Shown here: positions 13,308-25,632 of the stretch, in pieces
Numbering within the stretch: the first letter of the stretch is position 1
How the letters are laid out: every line of letters begins with the position of its first letter
NCBI RefSeq assembly: GCF_036321535.1
Contig: NC_087437.1
Span: 30,568,001-30,632,000, forward strand
Length of the DNA: 64,000 nt
Direction: 5' to 3'
Source: Camelus dromedarius
Lineage: Eukaryota
Position numbers and translations under genes: made by a program
The notes under the pieces: model-generated
Seen by the model: only the letters and a program-made list of their open reading frames with translations
Told to the model about the DNA's origin: nothing
Databases searched by the model: none

Positions 13308-15444
13308 GTTCAAGACATTATTTAAAGTGAACTACACAAACATGCACTGAAACAGCACCTGGAGATAGAGAATCCACTGAGGGAGTTAATGTTAAAAAAA
13401 ATCCAGAATCATACGGAAATCATACTGTGTTCAAAGCACGCTGCCATCTCATGGTGAAAAGCAAAATGGAAATAAGAAGCTAGATGTTAAAGAAATCACA
13501 AAGCAGCATGAAAAATGATGCAAAATGACCACTTATTCAATGCATGAATTTAAAGGAATTCAGAGTAAAGAATCAATTGAAGAAGGGTTTGGAAGATCTG
13601 AGACAAATGGGACTGGACACAAGTGAAGGATTTTGACATATATAAGTGATTTCCTTCCTCTACTATTTCTGATAAGATATTATAAATATGTACTTCTCTA
13701 CAGATGAATATATTCTATTTCTTCTGTTAAGTAGGTATGGGTCTATAAATTATAAACAGAAATTCCTATCTCTATAGGTAGGAAAGGATAGATATAGGGA
13801 ATTGTGCACAAGTCGGAAAATTCTGCAAAAAAAAAAAAAAAGGAGTTGTATTCCAGAGAGAATGAAACTCATCAGAACAGCGGTTATACAACAACTAAAC
13901 GGAAAAAAGATGTAATCATATGTCATAATATGTAATAATGATACAGTATAGCAACAAGAATGTGGGCATTTGCTATACACCAACCACTATTAATCAAGGA
14001 CTTTATTAACATGTATTATGTAAATTCACCATCTTCACAACATATGAGGTTGGTCTAATATTATTCCCATTTTACAGATGATGGTAAGAGGTAAATGGCA
14101 AAAATGGAATTTGACTGCAAGGAGTTTGGCCCAGAGGTAAAGATTTTAACCTCAAGCTTCTAACAACTGCTGTGAATTTGCAAGAAAAGACTTGACTAAG
14201 ACTGGTTTTCCCTTCTCTTGGGAGATGAAGCCTCTAATTTAAGATATTATTATGCCTTAATGTAATCACTACCCAGAATTAAGACCTTCCTGTCACCAGG
14301 AGGTGATGGAAAAGGGCGTGGGTGGCAAGGTAAGGAGTTGGAGGAGGAGTGGAAGGTCAGGGAGGGGTGGCAGGAAGGCTCAGACCACAGGATGTAGGGC
14401 CCACTCCCCTCACCCCATCACTGAGGCTGGCTGTAGCTCCCTAGTGGCAAGGGTTCTGGAAAGGACCAGCGTGAACTACTCCTGCCATACAGACACTGCC
14501 TGGTTGATTAGAAAATGGTCTTTCAGGTAGAATTTGAAATGGTGATGTTAGGCCTTGTCACACGTACTACTTGGCTCCCAATTGGCAGCTGGGAGGAGAG
14601 TCAGCAGAGGACAGAAGACAACTGCTCTTAAGTGTGAGTTTAGATTTGAAAAACATCCTCCATCAGCTTATATATTCTGTGTTCAGAAAACATGGGCACC
14701 AACAGTCAGGACTCACGGAGGTTAATTGAATAGGAAAAATAACATGATGAAAACATTTGAGAAGCATTTGTTTTGGAAACAGAATTTGCAAATGAATTTA
14801 GAGTAGGGTCAACTCAAAAGCACACAGAAGACAAGGCAGTAATATGATCGAGTAAAGCAGGCAGAGCAGTTTCTCTTGAAGAGGCTTTGTTTCCTTATTA
14901 AACACGTAGACTATTCATTACTTCCGTAAAGAAATATGCTCTCTCCAATTTTGCTTTTAAATGCACGGCTCTTTTGGACTGCCTTTTGTTTTCCTGGCTT
15001 TGATGAAGAGACTTCACGCACAGAGAAATAGCTCTCTCCTGTGGGACTTTCAGTAATGTAAGCATGATGACAAATGAGGACTGACAAGCCCTAATAGTCA
15101 GGGAGACGAGAGCAGCGGGTGGGAGGCTGGGCCGCTGGGCGGCGCATGCCCACGGATGAGCGCAGGCCCCGTCCGCCTGCGGCTGGGTTTCACCGGGCAG
15201 AATGTGGGGCCCCTTGTTGTCAGACCTGTCAGTTGTCCAAGAAAGGCTGAGACCTACACTGTTATATGAAATATCCTGACTTTCCAATATTTACTTAAAA
15301 CTTTTCAGACTAGGTGTAGACCTTTCTTAAAACACTTTCATCATCTCCTTCAGTGTCTCTTCCAGGTTTCTTCCCTCTGGTCCGGGTGCTCCTCGTCCCC
15401 TTTACTGGACCCTCCTCTTCTGCTCATCATCTAAAATAAGGATA

Positions 15445-15722
15445 TCCCGGATCCCCTTCTCTGCTCTGTCTACATCTCCTTCCTGGGCAACCTCACCTGA
15501 CCCCATAGCTCTAAGCCACCTCTGCCAGAGATTCCCAAATCTATATCCAGCCCTGACCTCTGCCTGGTACTCCAGGCTCTGTCACCTTGACATCTCCAAA
15601 TGGCTGTCTAGTAGGAATCTCAAATCATCATGGCTGAGAGGGAGCTCTCCCCTGCCCCACCCATCCTTCTCCTCCTCACCATGTCAGGAAGTGGGACACC
15701 ATCCACCAAGATGGTCAAAACA
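15445..15722 (+). mobile_element. L2 fragment (RT region)
   Basis: attcccaaatctatatccagccctgacctct...cttgacatctccaaatggctgtctagtagg is typical of L2 sense-strand sequence. Confidence 0.65.
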
Positions 15723-15849
15723 GGGAAGGGAAAAAAAAGCATTTCTGCATGTCTGGCATAATTCTACTCTTCACACATTGTTCATGCTGTTCCCTCTTTT
15801 TAGGAGACCTTTTCAGCACCTTTACACTGGGAAAATTGCTACATAACAT

Positions 15850-16204
15850 AGCTGGAAAGGTGGGAAACTTAACATCCTAGGGAGGCAGAATTCAACAATG
15901 GAGGACAAGAGATAGAAAGGTGTCAGCAGATATTTACCTGTCATTCCTTCCCTGATGGACTGTTCTTAAAATGCAATCATTTTATTTGGCCTCTCTGGAA
16001 ATGTCCCACAAGACTGGGCAACCAGCCATGTTTGTTCTGAAGTCATAGCAGCTTGCTAATACTCCTCTCCTTGTAGTTTCTTCCCCTATTTCCTTGTCTC
16101 TCTTTCCTTTTCCCCTAATTCTTGCTTCCCTGGGACTGTACCTCAATCAAACATTAACACAAAAGCTATCCCCCTGTCTTCTCCAAGAACCCCAGCCTGA
16201 GACA
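15850..16204 (+). mobile_element. ERV-L 5' LTR (LTR16-like)
   Basis: tgcttccctgggactgtacctc...aaccccagcctgagaca terminus immediately followed by a primer-binding site. Confidence 0.7.
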
Positions 16205-19200
16205 GCTGGTACCAGAAGGGGGATAGTAATGACAGTTGGCAGGCTGTGGCATCAGAATCACTAATGCTTTCACTTGTGGTTGACGGGGTTAGGGCAGAGG
16301 TTTAGGGTAAGTTTGGGGATATCAAGTTACCACTGCAAGTGATCAGATGGGGGTAATGATAATTATAGTGCTTCTGCAGTGACTGGCTCCTTATGATGGC
16401 ATTGAAATCTTTGGTAGGTTTGGGGAAGTTAATAATGGTCATTTTAAGGCATTCTGTGAAAGCCATAGATGGCTCCAAAGCAGGTAGGAAGACCAGATCA
16501 TGAATTTATCAAGCAAGAATCAGAGAAGCATCTGTGGGAGTAGATCGTAAGGGTGTTGGGCCAGGGAAGGGGAATTTAAAACCAAACAGGAGAGACTGGT
16601 TAAAATCAGCAACTCATCCATAAGCTAGAATTTAATGTCTAGCAAGTCTTAATAAGGTCCTAATAAAATTTAATGTCTACCAGTCCTAATAGTTAGCTGG
16701 GATGACTTCATAAAGCCTGAATCCACAATGACTCCGTAAGATGAGGTGGATCTATTGGAACTTACTTGGCAAAGTAATAAGAAAGGGGTCAAAAGACTCA
16801 GGGAAAAGAGAGTATTAGAGTGAAGATATGCAAACCCACACCTGAGGATATCCTCCAGGAGAGGACACCCCCTTCACTAAGAAATGCACCGGTGATGAAG
16901 GAGCCAACATCATTGAGAAACTCACTGTTGGTTGATCTCTTCCAGCCAGTGTTGATAGTAGAAGGTCCTGTATCAATGGAGATACTGGGATTCTGGAAAG
17001 ACAGAGACCAGGTGGCAGAGGCCATACTGAGCAGTATGACCAGAATGCCAGTCATAGTGCCTTGGCCAAAGTGATTTATTATTGCAGCTAATTGATGATG
17101 GTTTTCCCAAAGGTAACGTAGACAAACCACCATCTAAGAGCAGTGGTTGTCAAGATGTAGTCGTAAGATTAGCAGCTTGAGCATCACCTAGGAACTTCTT
17201 TGAAATGCAAATTCTCAAGTCCCACTTCAGACCTACTAATGCAGAAATTCTAGGGATGTGGCTCAATAATCTGTATTTTAATTAACCCTCTAGGTGTTTT
17301 GGATGCATGTTAAAGTTTGAAGACCATTCAACTAGGGTGTTGCCTGATTTGTACAACCAAAAAATTGAAAACTGATCATCATAAGGCCAATGTCAGACAC
17401 TGATGGAAAACTGCAATTTCCAGTTACTAGATCTAAGTCTGTTCACAGATCCAGAGCCCATTAATGAAAGGGAATTCTGGGTCCCCACAATGCCACCACA
17501 GCATGGCAAATATTTCTCTAACTCTTCCTCAAATTTGCCAGAGTAATTGAGCACTGAAGAAAAGGGAATACCCAGACTTCTTGAGGATGGCTAGAGTGAA
17601 ATCACTGTTGACACCGATATCAGAGAACCCCACACACTACATAGACCTCTAGTTAAAACAGAGCCTTACAGATACCAGATTGTCAACAATGTTTGGGCTC
17701 AAGCCCATCTCATGGCGGATCTAATAGATCCAAGGACCCATTCTGCTGCCATTTCTCTAGTCTCTGAATGCCTAATAGGATAAATATACTTAGAACTTGG
17801 CCCTTGGTTTCCTGACCCATGAATTAAGAAACATTATGATTTTTTTTAAAAAAGGTACAATGCATCTTCTCCCCAAGCCAAGCTGGTAAATCAGAAGCAG
17901 TATCACCTCCTAGGAATAACTGCAGAAATCAGAACTAACAAAGACAAAAGATTCAGGGATGGTGATTCCCATAATGTACCTAGTCATTTCACCTACCTGG
18001 CCTCTGCAAAAAAAAATCATGTGCATCATGGTGGGGGCCAGTGGACTACTATAAACTTAAGACAGTATCCCCAGTTAGGTTCTGTGCTAGATATAAATTT
18101 TACTGACGCAAATCGGCTCAACCTTTGGCACTTCATTTGTGGCTATCATTTTGTTGAATGCTTTATTCCTTATTCTTGTGAATAGAGAGGATCCAAAGCA
18201 GGTTGCCTTGACATTGCAAGGGCAGCAGTAAGTCTTCACTGCCTTGCTCTAGATCTGTGTTAATTTTCTGCTGTCTGTCGTGGTCTGTTCTACACTGAGC
18301 TCAATCATTGTGCTATTCTGCAGTGCATCATGCTAGCCTGCTATACTGATTGACACTTTACTAATTGGACCAAATAAGGAGAACAGGTCAGGTAATTTAA
18401 ATGCCTTGACGTATGTGTCAGAGGGTAGGTGGTAAGTCCTTGATGATCAAGGGGTCTGCAACATCAGTGAAATTTTTAGGGGTCCAGTGGTCTGGAACAT
18501 GAAGGGACATACCCTCTGAAGTAAAGCCTGAGAGCCTGGCAATGGTACACCAAGTAACTGTGCAGTTGGAGCTGTCCATCATGAGCGTGGTGTTAACAGA
18601 AACTCCCAGAAAAAGGTTGAGAGGCATAGAAACAAATTATTGCATGAAGGAAACGGTGTATTTAGGAAAAGACTCACGTAGTCCAGAAGATGCAAAAAAT
18701 ATGACTTGTTGGCTTAGACTTCCTTATCACCCACCTTTGCTGCACTAAAGTCACTCTCTCAGCCCATACCTATGGCCTCATGGGAAATTCCCTATAACCA
18801 ACTGATGGAGAAGGAAAGATCTGGAACTAAATTCGAAGACAGTTTGGTATGCTCTACTGGGTTCTATAGAAATGGATCACTGCCACATTATAGCCCCTCT
18901 CAGGAGTGACTCTGAAAGTATGCATAATCACAAGGAGGCTCTTAACAACCAGAGTGACTTATTTTCTGGGTGTCAGTCAGCTTTTCTCTTTGGTCAATTC
19001 ACTGCTTGCACAGTGGACTAATGAACAAAGTGTCCATGGTGGCAGGCTCAGATCCTATACATGGATCCAAAGCAGGGGCTCCTGGAATCAAGGGGAGGAA
19101 CTGGAGTCAGCTGGTCTCAACATTAGTTTTAGTGACCCACTTGCAGAATTTGTGCTTTCTGTCCCTACAACCTTATATCTGCTGGGTTAGAAATTCTGAT

Positions 19201-19225
19201 TCCCAGGGGAGCATTGCTTCCTAGA
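16205..19225 (+). mobile_element. Decayed ERV-L internal region (HERV16/ERV3-16-like): PBS, gag, pol and dUTPase-region remnants
   Basis: PBS TGGTACCAGAAGGGGGAT (16207-16224, tRNA-Leu type). Pol remnants WPLQK (about 17998), VDYYKL (18041) and IKGSATSVKFLGVQWSGT*RDIPSEVK (18446-18526). WNQGEEL...SDPLAEFVLSVPTTL near 19085-19175. Confidence 0.85.
17141..17329. mobile_element. MER5A-like hAT-Charlie MITE inserted in the ERV-L
   Basis: cagtggttgtcaa...agcatcacctaggaactt...gaaatgcaaattctc...cagacctact...aatctgtatttta...aaagtttgaagaccatt. Confidence 0.8.
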
Positions 19226-19239
19226 AAACACAGGGCAAC

Positions 19240-22172
19240 CACTAAAATGTTAAAGGATAAAAATAATAAAATTATCAATTAAAATCACAAAAGGCAAAAA
19301 AAAGTGTGGAGGACAAAAATAGGAAGAAAGAACAAGGGCGACAAATAGAAAACAGTAACAAATATGGTAGATATTAATCTAACTATATCAGTCACTTTAA
19401 ATGTCAATGATCTAAATAAACCAATTAAAACAGAATGGATCAAAAACCAAGGCCCAACTGTATGTTGTCTACAAGAACCCTCCTTTCAATATAAAGACTC
19501 ATAGATCAAAAGTAAAGGGACAGAGAAAGATATATCATGCTAACACTTATCAAAAACAAAGTGAGAGTAGTTATATTAATTTCAGACAGGGCAGACTCAG
19601 AGCAAGGAAAGTTATAGGGATAAAGATGGACATAACATAATGACGGAAGTGCGATTACTCCAAGAAATCATAATAATCCTTAATGTGTGTATATATATAA
19701 CAACAGTGTAAAAATACTTAAGACAAAAACTAAACTAGATGAATACATTATAGCTGGAGGTTTTAACACTCCTCTGTCAGTAATGGGCAGATCTAACAGG
19801 CAGGAAATCAGTAAGGACATAGCTGAACTCAACACCACCAAGAGTCAACTGGATGTAATTGACATTTATTGATTCCTTCATCCAACAGCAGATTCTGCTC
19901 AAGCTCACATGGAGTATTCATCAAGTTAGACCACATTCTGGGCCACAGAACACACCTGAATAAATTGAAGAGAGTAGATATCATACAATGCCTACTTTAA
20001 AACCACACTGGAATTAAACTAGAAATCAATGATGGAAAGATAGCTGGAAAATCCCTGATACTTGGAGATTAAAACTACACTTCTAAATAACCTATGAATC
20101 AAAGAAGAAATCTATATTCATTAAAGAAATTGAATTAAAAATTAATAACCTTCCAAAACAGAAAGCTCCAGGCCCAGATTGGGTTTACTGGTGAATTCTA
20201 CCACATATTAAAGGAAGAAATCACACCAGGTATCTATAATCTCTTCCAGAAGATAGAAGCAGAGGGAATACTTCCTATCATATTCTATGAGACCAGCATT
20301 ACCCTAATGCCATAACCAGTTAAAGACATTATTAAAAAAACTACAGATTAATATCTCTCATGCACATTGATGTAAAAATCCTCAACAAAATATTAGCAAA
20401 CCAAGTTCAAAAATGTGTATGAAGAATTATATAGTATGACCAAGTGGGATTTATCCCAGGTATGTAATGCTGGTTCAATGTTCAAAAATCAATTACTGTA
20501 ACCAATCACATCAACATGCTAAAGAAGAAAAATCACATGGTCACATTAAAAAGAACACTGACACAATCTGACACAATCCAGCACCCATTCATGATAAAAA
20601 ATGTCAGCAAACCAGGAATATAGGGGAACATCTTCAACTTGATAAAATAAACATCCACAAAAAAACCAACAGCTAACATCACCCTTAATGGTGAGAAACT
20701 CGAAGATTTCCTGCTAAGATTAGGAATAAGGCAAGGATGTCTACTTTCATTACTGCTTTTAATATTATACTTGAAGTCCTAGCTAAGATAACAAGACAAA
20801 AAAAGGAAACAATAAATGGCATTCAGATTGGAAAAGGAGAAATAAAATTGTCTCTGTTCACCAATGGCACAATTCTCTATGTAGAAAATCTAGAAGAATT
20901 GATAAAAAGTAAAACAAAGAAAATATCCTCCTGGAACTAATAAGTGATTATAGCAAGATTGCAGGATGCAAGATTAATATACAGAAATCAATTGCCTTCC
21001 TTATACCAGGAATGAGCATGTGGAATTTGAAATTAAAAACACACTACCGTTTACATTAGCACCCCCACAAAATGAAAATACTTAGGTATAAACCCAACAA
21101 AATATGTACAAGATCTATATTAGACAAACTACAAAATTCCAATGAAAGATATCTAAAGAGAATAAAATAAATGGAGAGAGATGGCTTGTTTATGGAAAGA
21201 TTCAAAATTGTCAAGATGTCAGTTCTTCCCAGCTTGTTCTATAAATTCAACACAATTCTAATCAAAGTCCCAGCCAGATAGTTAGTGGTTATCGAGAGAC
21301 CAATTTATATGAAGATTAAAAGACCCAGAATAACCAATTCAATATTGAAGAAGAACAATGTTAGCGAGGATGTGGAACAAAAGGAGCTCTCTTTCATTCC
21401 TGGTGGGAAGGCATAATGGTACAGCTACTTTGGAATACAGTTTGGCAGCTTGTTATAAAACTAAGCATACTCTTAACATATGAGCCAGTAATCATGCTCT
21501 TGGTATTTACCTAAGAGTTGAAAACATATGTCTATACAAAACATGTATATTGATATTTGTTACACCTTTGTTCAATTGCCAAAACTTAGAAACAACCAAG
21601 ATATCCTTCAGCAGGTGAATGGATAAACTGTGGTACATGCAGACAATGGAATATTATTCAGCACTAAAAAGAAATGAGCTATCACACCATGAAAGGACAT
21701 GGAGAAAATTTAAAGGCATATTTCTAAGTGAAAGAAGCCAGTAAGAAAAGGTTGTATGACTCCAAGTATATGACATTATAAAAGGCAAAACTACGCAGAC
21801 AGTAAAAAGATCAGTGGTTTCTGGGGAGTAGGGGGTCTGGGGGTAGAAGTAATTAGGCAGAGCGTGAAGGTTTTTAGTGAAACCATTCTGTATAATACTA
21901 CAATGGTACAACTTATTATACATCTATTAAAACACAGAGACTGTATAATACCAAGAGTGAACCCTAATATAAACTATGGACTTCGGGTGATAATGATGTG
22001 GCAGTGCATGTTCATCAGTCATAATAAATACATCCAGTGTAGTGCACGATGTTCATAGTGGGGGAAGTTGTGTGCAGCGGGAGGGATACAGAGGGCAGAG
22101 GGGAAATCTCTGTACTTCCTGCTCAATTTTGCTATGAACCTGAAACTGCTCTAAAAATAAAGTTTATTAACA
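19240..22172 (+). mobile_element. L1MC-like LINE: deleted, degenerate ORF2 plus 3'UTR
   Basis: Endonuclease-region atgttgtctacaagaa; RT-region ccagcattaccctaatgcc, gaccaagtgggatttatcccagg and aggcaaggatgtc; 3' end gtgaaccctaatataaactatggactt...gaacctgaaactgctctaaaaataaag. Confidence 0.9.
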
Positions 22173-22409
22173 TTTAAACAGTGTGTTATCCATGGATATC
22201 ATAATCCTCTTTCCTTATATTTTCAACTACTGTGCATAATATGTTTCTATTTGTTTGGGCATTTGGAACAAAACCAATGTATTATGTCTCAGCATCTCTA
22301 CCAGCTGGTGGCTCTCTAAAAACATATCCATTTTCTCATAATCCCAGCAGCCAGCTGAGTCCCTAGACCAGGGTGGATGCTAACTAAATATTTATTAAAG
22401 TCTTCATGA

Positions 22410-22635
22410 AAGGCAGTGGTGCGTAGGGGAAGAGAACCAAGGTGGGAGTTGGATTAATGTTGCTGGGTGATTTCCTAGGCCCCATAACCTTGGGCAAATC
22501 ACTGAGATTTATTTTCGGATGCTATGAAATGGAGATAACCTCATCTTTTCACAAAATCCTTATAAGGACAAAGTGAGATGCACTACACACAAAACGTTTT
22601 AAATCACAGGATACTTGACAAAAATCAGCTACTCT
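22410..22635 (+). mobile_element. MIR SINE
   Basis: taaccttgggcaaatcact...ctatgaaatggagataacc. Confidence 0.5.
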
Positions 22636-22829
22636 TACTCATGGAAAATGACTAAATAGATGCTAAATCAAAAAGGAGAGAAAAGGATGGGCTGGATGAA
22701 AAAGCAGAAATGAAAAAAATTAAAGAGAAACAAAGATAAACTCAGTCATCACCATACTTGAAACGAGATTCAGTGCCTCTTCCTCCTTCCATGCACACAA
22801 CAAACTGAGATATCAGACATGTTTTCTCA

Positions 22830-23278
22830 CAGTTTATCAAACATTTACTGAATACAACTAACCCCAAGACTCGAGCTAGCAAAAGGTCACCAGGCATAAA
22901 CAATGCCCTCAGAGGGGTCTAAAGCTAGTGGAGGAGGCAGGCATGTGAAAAGACGGATACAATGGGGTGGAATCAGAGGCTGCCAAATGGAATTGAGTAC
23001 TTCTTGATAGGTTTCGTACAACCAGGGAAGAGATGACAACCAGAGAAGGCTTTCTAGAGGAAAGGATTCGCTACGATACATCTTGGAAAACGTAGTGGGC
23101 AGAGGAGAAAAGGGCATTCTATGGCAGAGGAGACCAGGCTGTAGAAATAAAGGCACCCAATCAAAGAAGACCTTGTATGCAAGGCTACAGAAACTTATTC
23201 CATAAGTGATGGGGATTCACTAAAGGGTGTTTAGTGGGAAAGACGGCTGGATCAGATTTATGTTAAGAAGCTTCACTC
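22830..23278 (-). mobile_element. L2 fragment
   Basis: aaacatttactgaatacaacta...cagagaaggctttctagagga...ggatcagatttatgttaagaag. Confidence 0.6.
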
Positions 23279-24541
23279 CCTCCTCTATAGATACTACAAC
23301 TGCTGCCATCAACTCTCCCAGACTCCTGTCACTGCTCAGCCTCGGAATACTCCACCCAGCCTCTGTGAAAGGAGTCAAATGAGAGAACATTGAAACCCCA
23401 CGGGGCTTGCGCTAGTCAGGCTTTGCAAAGAATGGGGACTTCCTAGACTCTCTAGGTCTCAAAAGAAAAAACTCAGAAAGCTTGTTAATATCTTGCTTGA
23501 CGTTTCACTTGCTTTGTGACTTCCCTGATCTGTCCTCCAAACAAGTGAAACTCCGGTCAGAAGTCTAATCTGAGCACTGTAAGCTTCCAGTAAAATGTAA
23601 GCTTTATTGCCTTCTCTTCATTATCAGGCAATCCCCAAGCAGTAATAGAGAAATTGCTTTCCCTTCTCTTCCTAAGTCTATCAGTAGAAAATACTTCATG
23701 TACTGGCGACAGACACACGTGGGTACCCAGGGGGTTGGTCTGATAACCCATCACTTGGCACCAACCATTTATGTTGCTGCGAATTCATTTTGAGTCAGGG
23801 TTGATATCCATATGCAAATGCCTGAATTTTTTTCAGAATACAGATTCCATCAAGTTATAAAAGGCAGATAAATGCTATCCCTTTCTGCAAATGAATTTTA
23901 ACAATTTTACATGACATTAATCTCTTTAAGACAAGGATACGTGAAAAACAAACCAAGGTCGTAAGATAGAACTTTGTGGGTGCAGAACTCCTAAGAAGAC
24001 AAATCATCTCCTGCTCACTAAGGGATGGAAAATGGGTCACTCTCCATTCATTATCACACTCCTAAGCCAACCAGCACCCCCATGCTTTCCAAAGAGAGGA
24101 TCCCTCAGCATTTGGAAAAGTTCAGGGCTGGGAACTGAGAGAAAGCAGGGTCTAATTGCTTTCTTCTCCCCTTTTCCTCCATACAACAAAGCTGCAGGTA
24201 GTCTGATTCGCAAAACACAGCATCGAGCCTGCCTCCCGCCACTCCTGCCCCGGGTAAGATTTGGGAAGGATTTTTAAACCAGCAACATCAACACCAAATG
24301 CAAATAAACTCATTGCATTTGATTTCTTTTCAAGTCACCGTACAAATATGGTCTTTAAAGCACAGTGAGAACACTCAAAGACATAAAATGCTGCTTAAAA
24401 CTCTCCTGTGGAAGCAGTATCTCCTGCTGCAAAGAGACGAAAAGGCAAATATCTCAGAGCACTCTGGGTTCCTTACTCAACAGTCATCATATGAGCTTCA
24501 ATTGAAAAAATAAAAAATTCACCAAGTGTTTAAAAATCTCC

Positions 24542-24547
24542 TTTAAT
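24542..24547 (-). terminator. Candidate main poly(A) signal ATTAAA
   Basis: On the minus strand ATTAAA is followed about 20-45 nt later by a GU/U-rich element (ttggtgaattttttattttttc). Confidence 0.5.
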
Positions 24548-24729
24548 TATATTTCCATGAATTCCAAGAAGAACATCATTGCAGGTATGTTACAAAAAAG
24601 CAAAGAGGGACATCTGAACATGCAATAAAAAATGGATTCACAGTGAAAATAATGTATGCTGGTACTAAAATATAGTTACGTGGCTCCCTGAAGGGAAAAG
24701 ATTTCTTCTAATTATCTATTCACTTGGGT

Positions 24730-24735
24730 TTTATT
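24730..24735 (-). terminator. Candidate poly(A) signal AATAAA
   Basis: tttatt on the plus strand inside the 3'UTR. Confidence 0.35.
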
Positions 24736-25137
24736 ATGAGAAAATATTTTTTCTTTCTTGAAAGCTTTGGGAAGTTTTCAATTTGTGCTACTGTTATTGT
24801 TAGCATCTCCAGGAAGCCCCTCATTCTAAAAGCCATTATTTGCAGTCTGTCATTTAATCAGAAAATTCAAAAGTACAACAAACGGCTTGGCAACTGTGTT
24901 CTTGTTACATACAAAGCCATTAGCAAAAATATGTAACAAAATTTAGGTAAAACAAACAATGTTGTCCTTATATACAAAAGTTTGTGCTATTCCTCATATA
25001 CCCTCACTGCCTACTCTAAAATGAGAGGGTGCTGGGGGTGTACCTACCCACCTCCCTTGAATTCTTCTAGGTGGGGTAGAGAAATCTTGAAAGGGAAGGT
25101 AACTATTTTAATCTTCTTTTAAGGTAACTTTTAAGCT

Positions 25138-25143
25138 TTTATT
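25138..25143 (-). terminator. Candidate proximal poly(A) signal AATAAA
   Basis: tttatt on the plus strand about 490 nt after the stop codon. Confidence 0.3.
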
Positions 25144-25632
25144 ACTGAGTTATAAAAATGCATCTGGGCTTCTCAGTAAAGAAGGGAAATCAGGAACGAA
25201 GACAATGGCTTTAAAATAAAGAATTCATCCCTTTGTCCTTTGTAAAAATCTCCTAACTCAATAGTCAGAGAGTGAAAATGACTACATGTGTGACTGTGAT
25301 CTCAGGACACAGAGTAAAGAGCATCTGAGTGAAACATACAGACGTTAGAACTCAAGCAGCTGCGAAGTTTCACATCTAAGGCATGCACGTAAACCATACC
25401 AAGAGAGTTTACACCTCAGGGGGGAAGGATCATAGGTGCACGGGAATCATCACCCGAATCTATATACGAACGCATAAACAAGAACACATGGAGTCAAAGG
25501 GAGACGGAAATGCAAGTTTAAAAATACATTTTAAAATCAATTCGAAGCCAGGGACCATATTTACTGAAAACTGAAAAAAGACATTCTACAATGGAATACC
25601 TTGTAAACATTGAAAACGCAGCTTTATGTAAT

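Larger units (their letters stand above)
24520..25632 (-). other. PLCH1: PLCH1 3'UTR (distal end approximate)
   Basis: AT-rich sequence without recognisable repeats after the stop codon, containing three minus-strand poly(A) hexamers. Confidence 0.6.

Noticed and set aside
19240..22172. L1 as an active or domesticated element
   Set aside because: ORF2 has large internal deletions, many stops and frameshifts, and there is no 5' UTR or ORF1.
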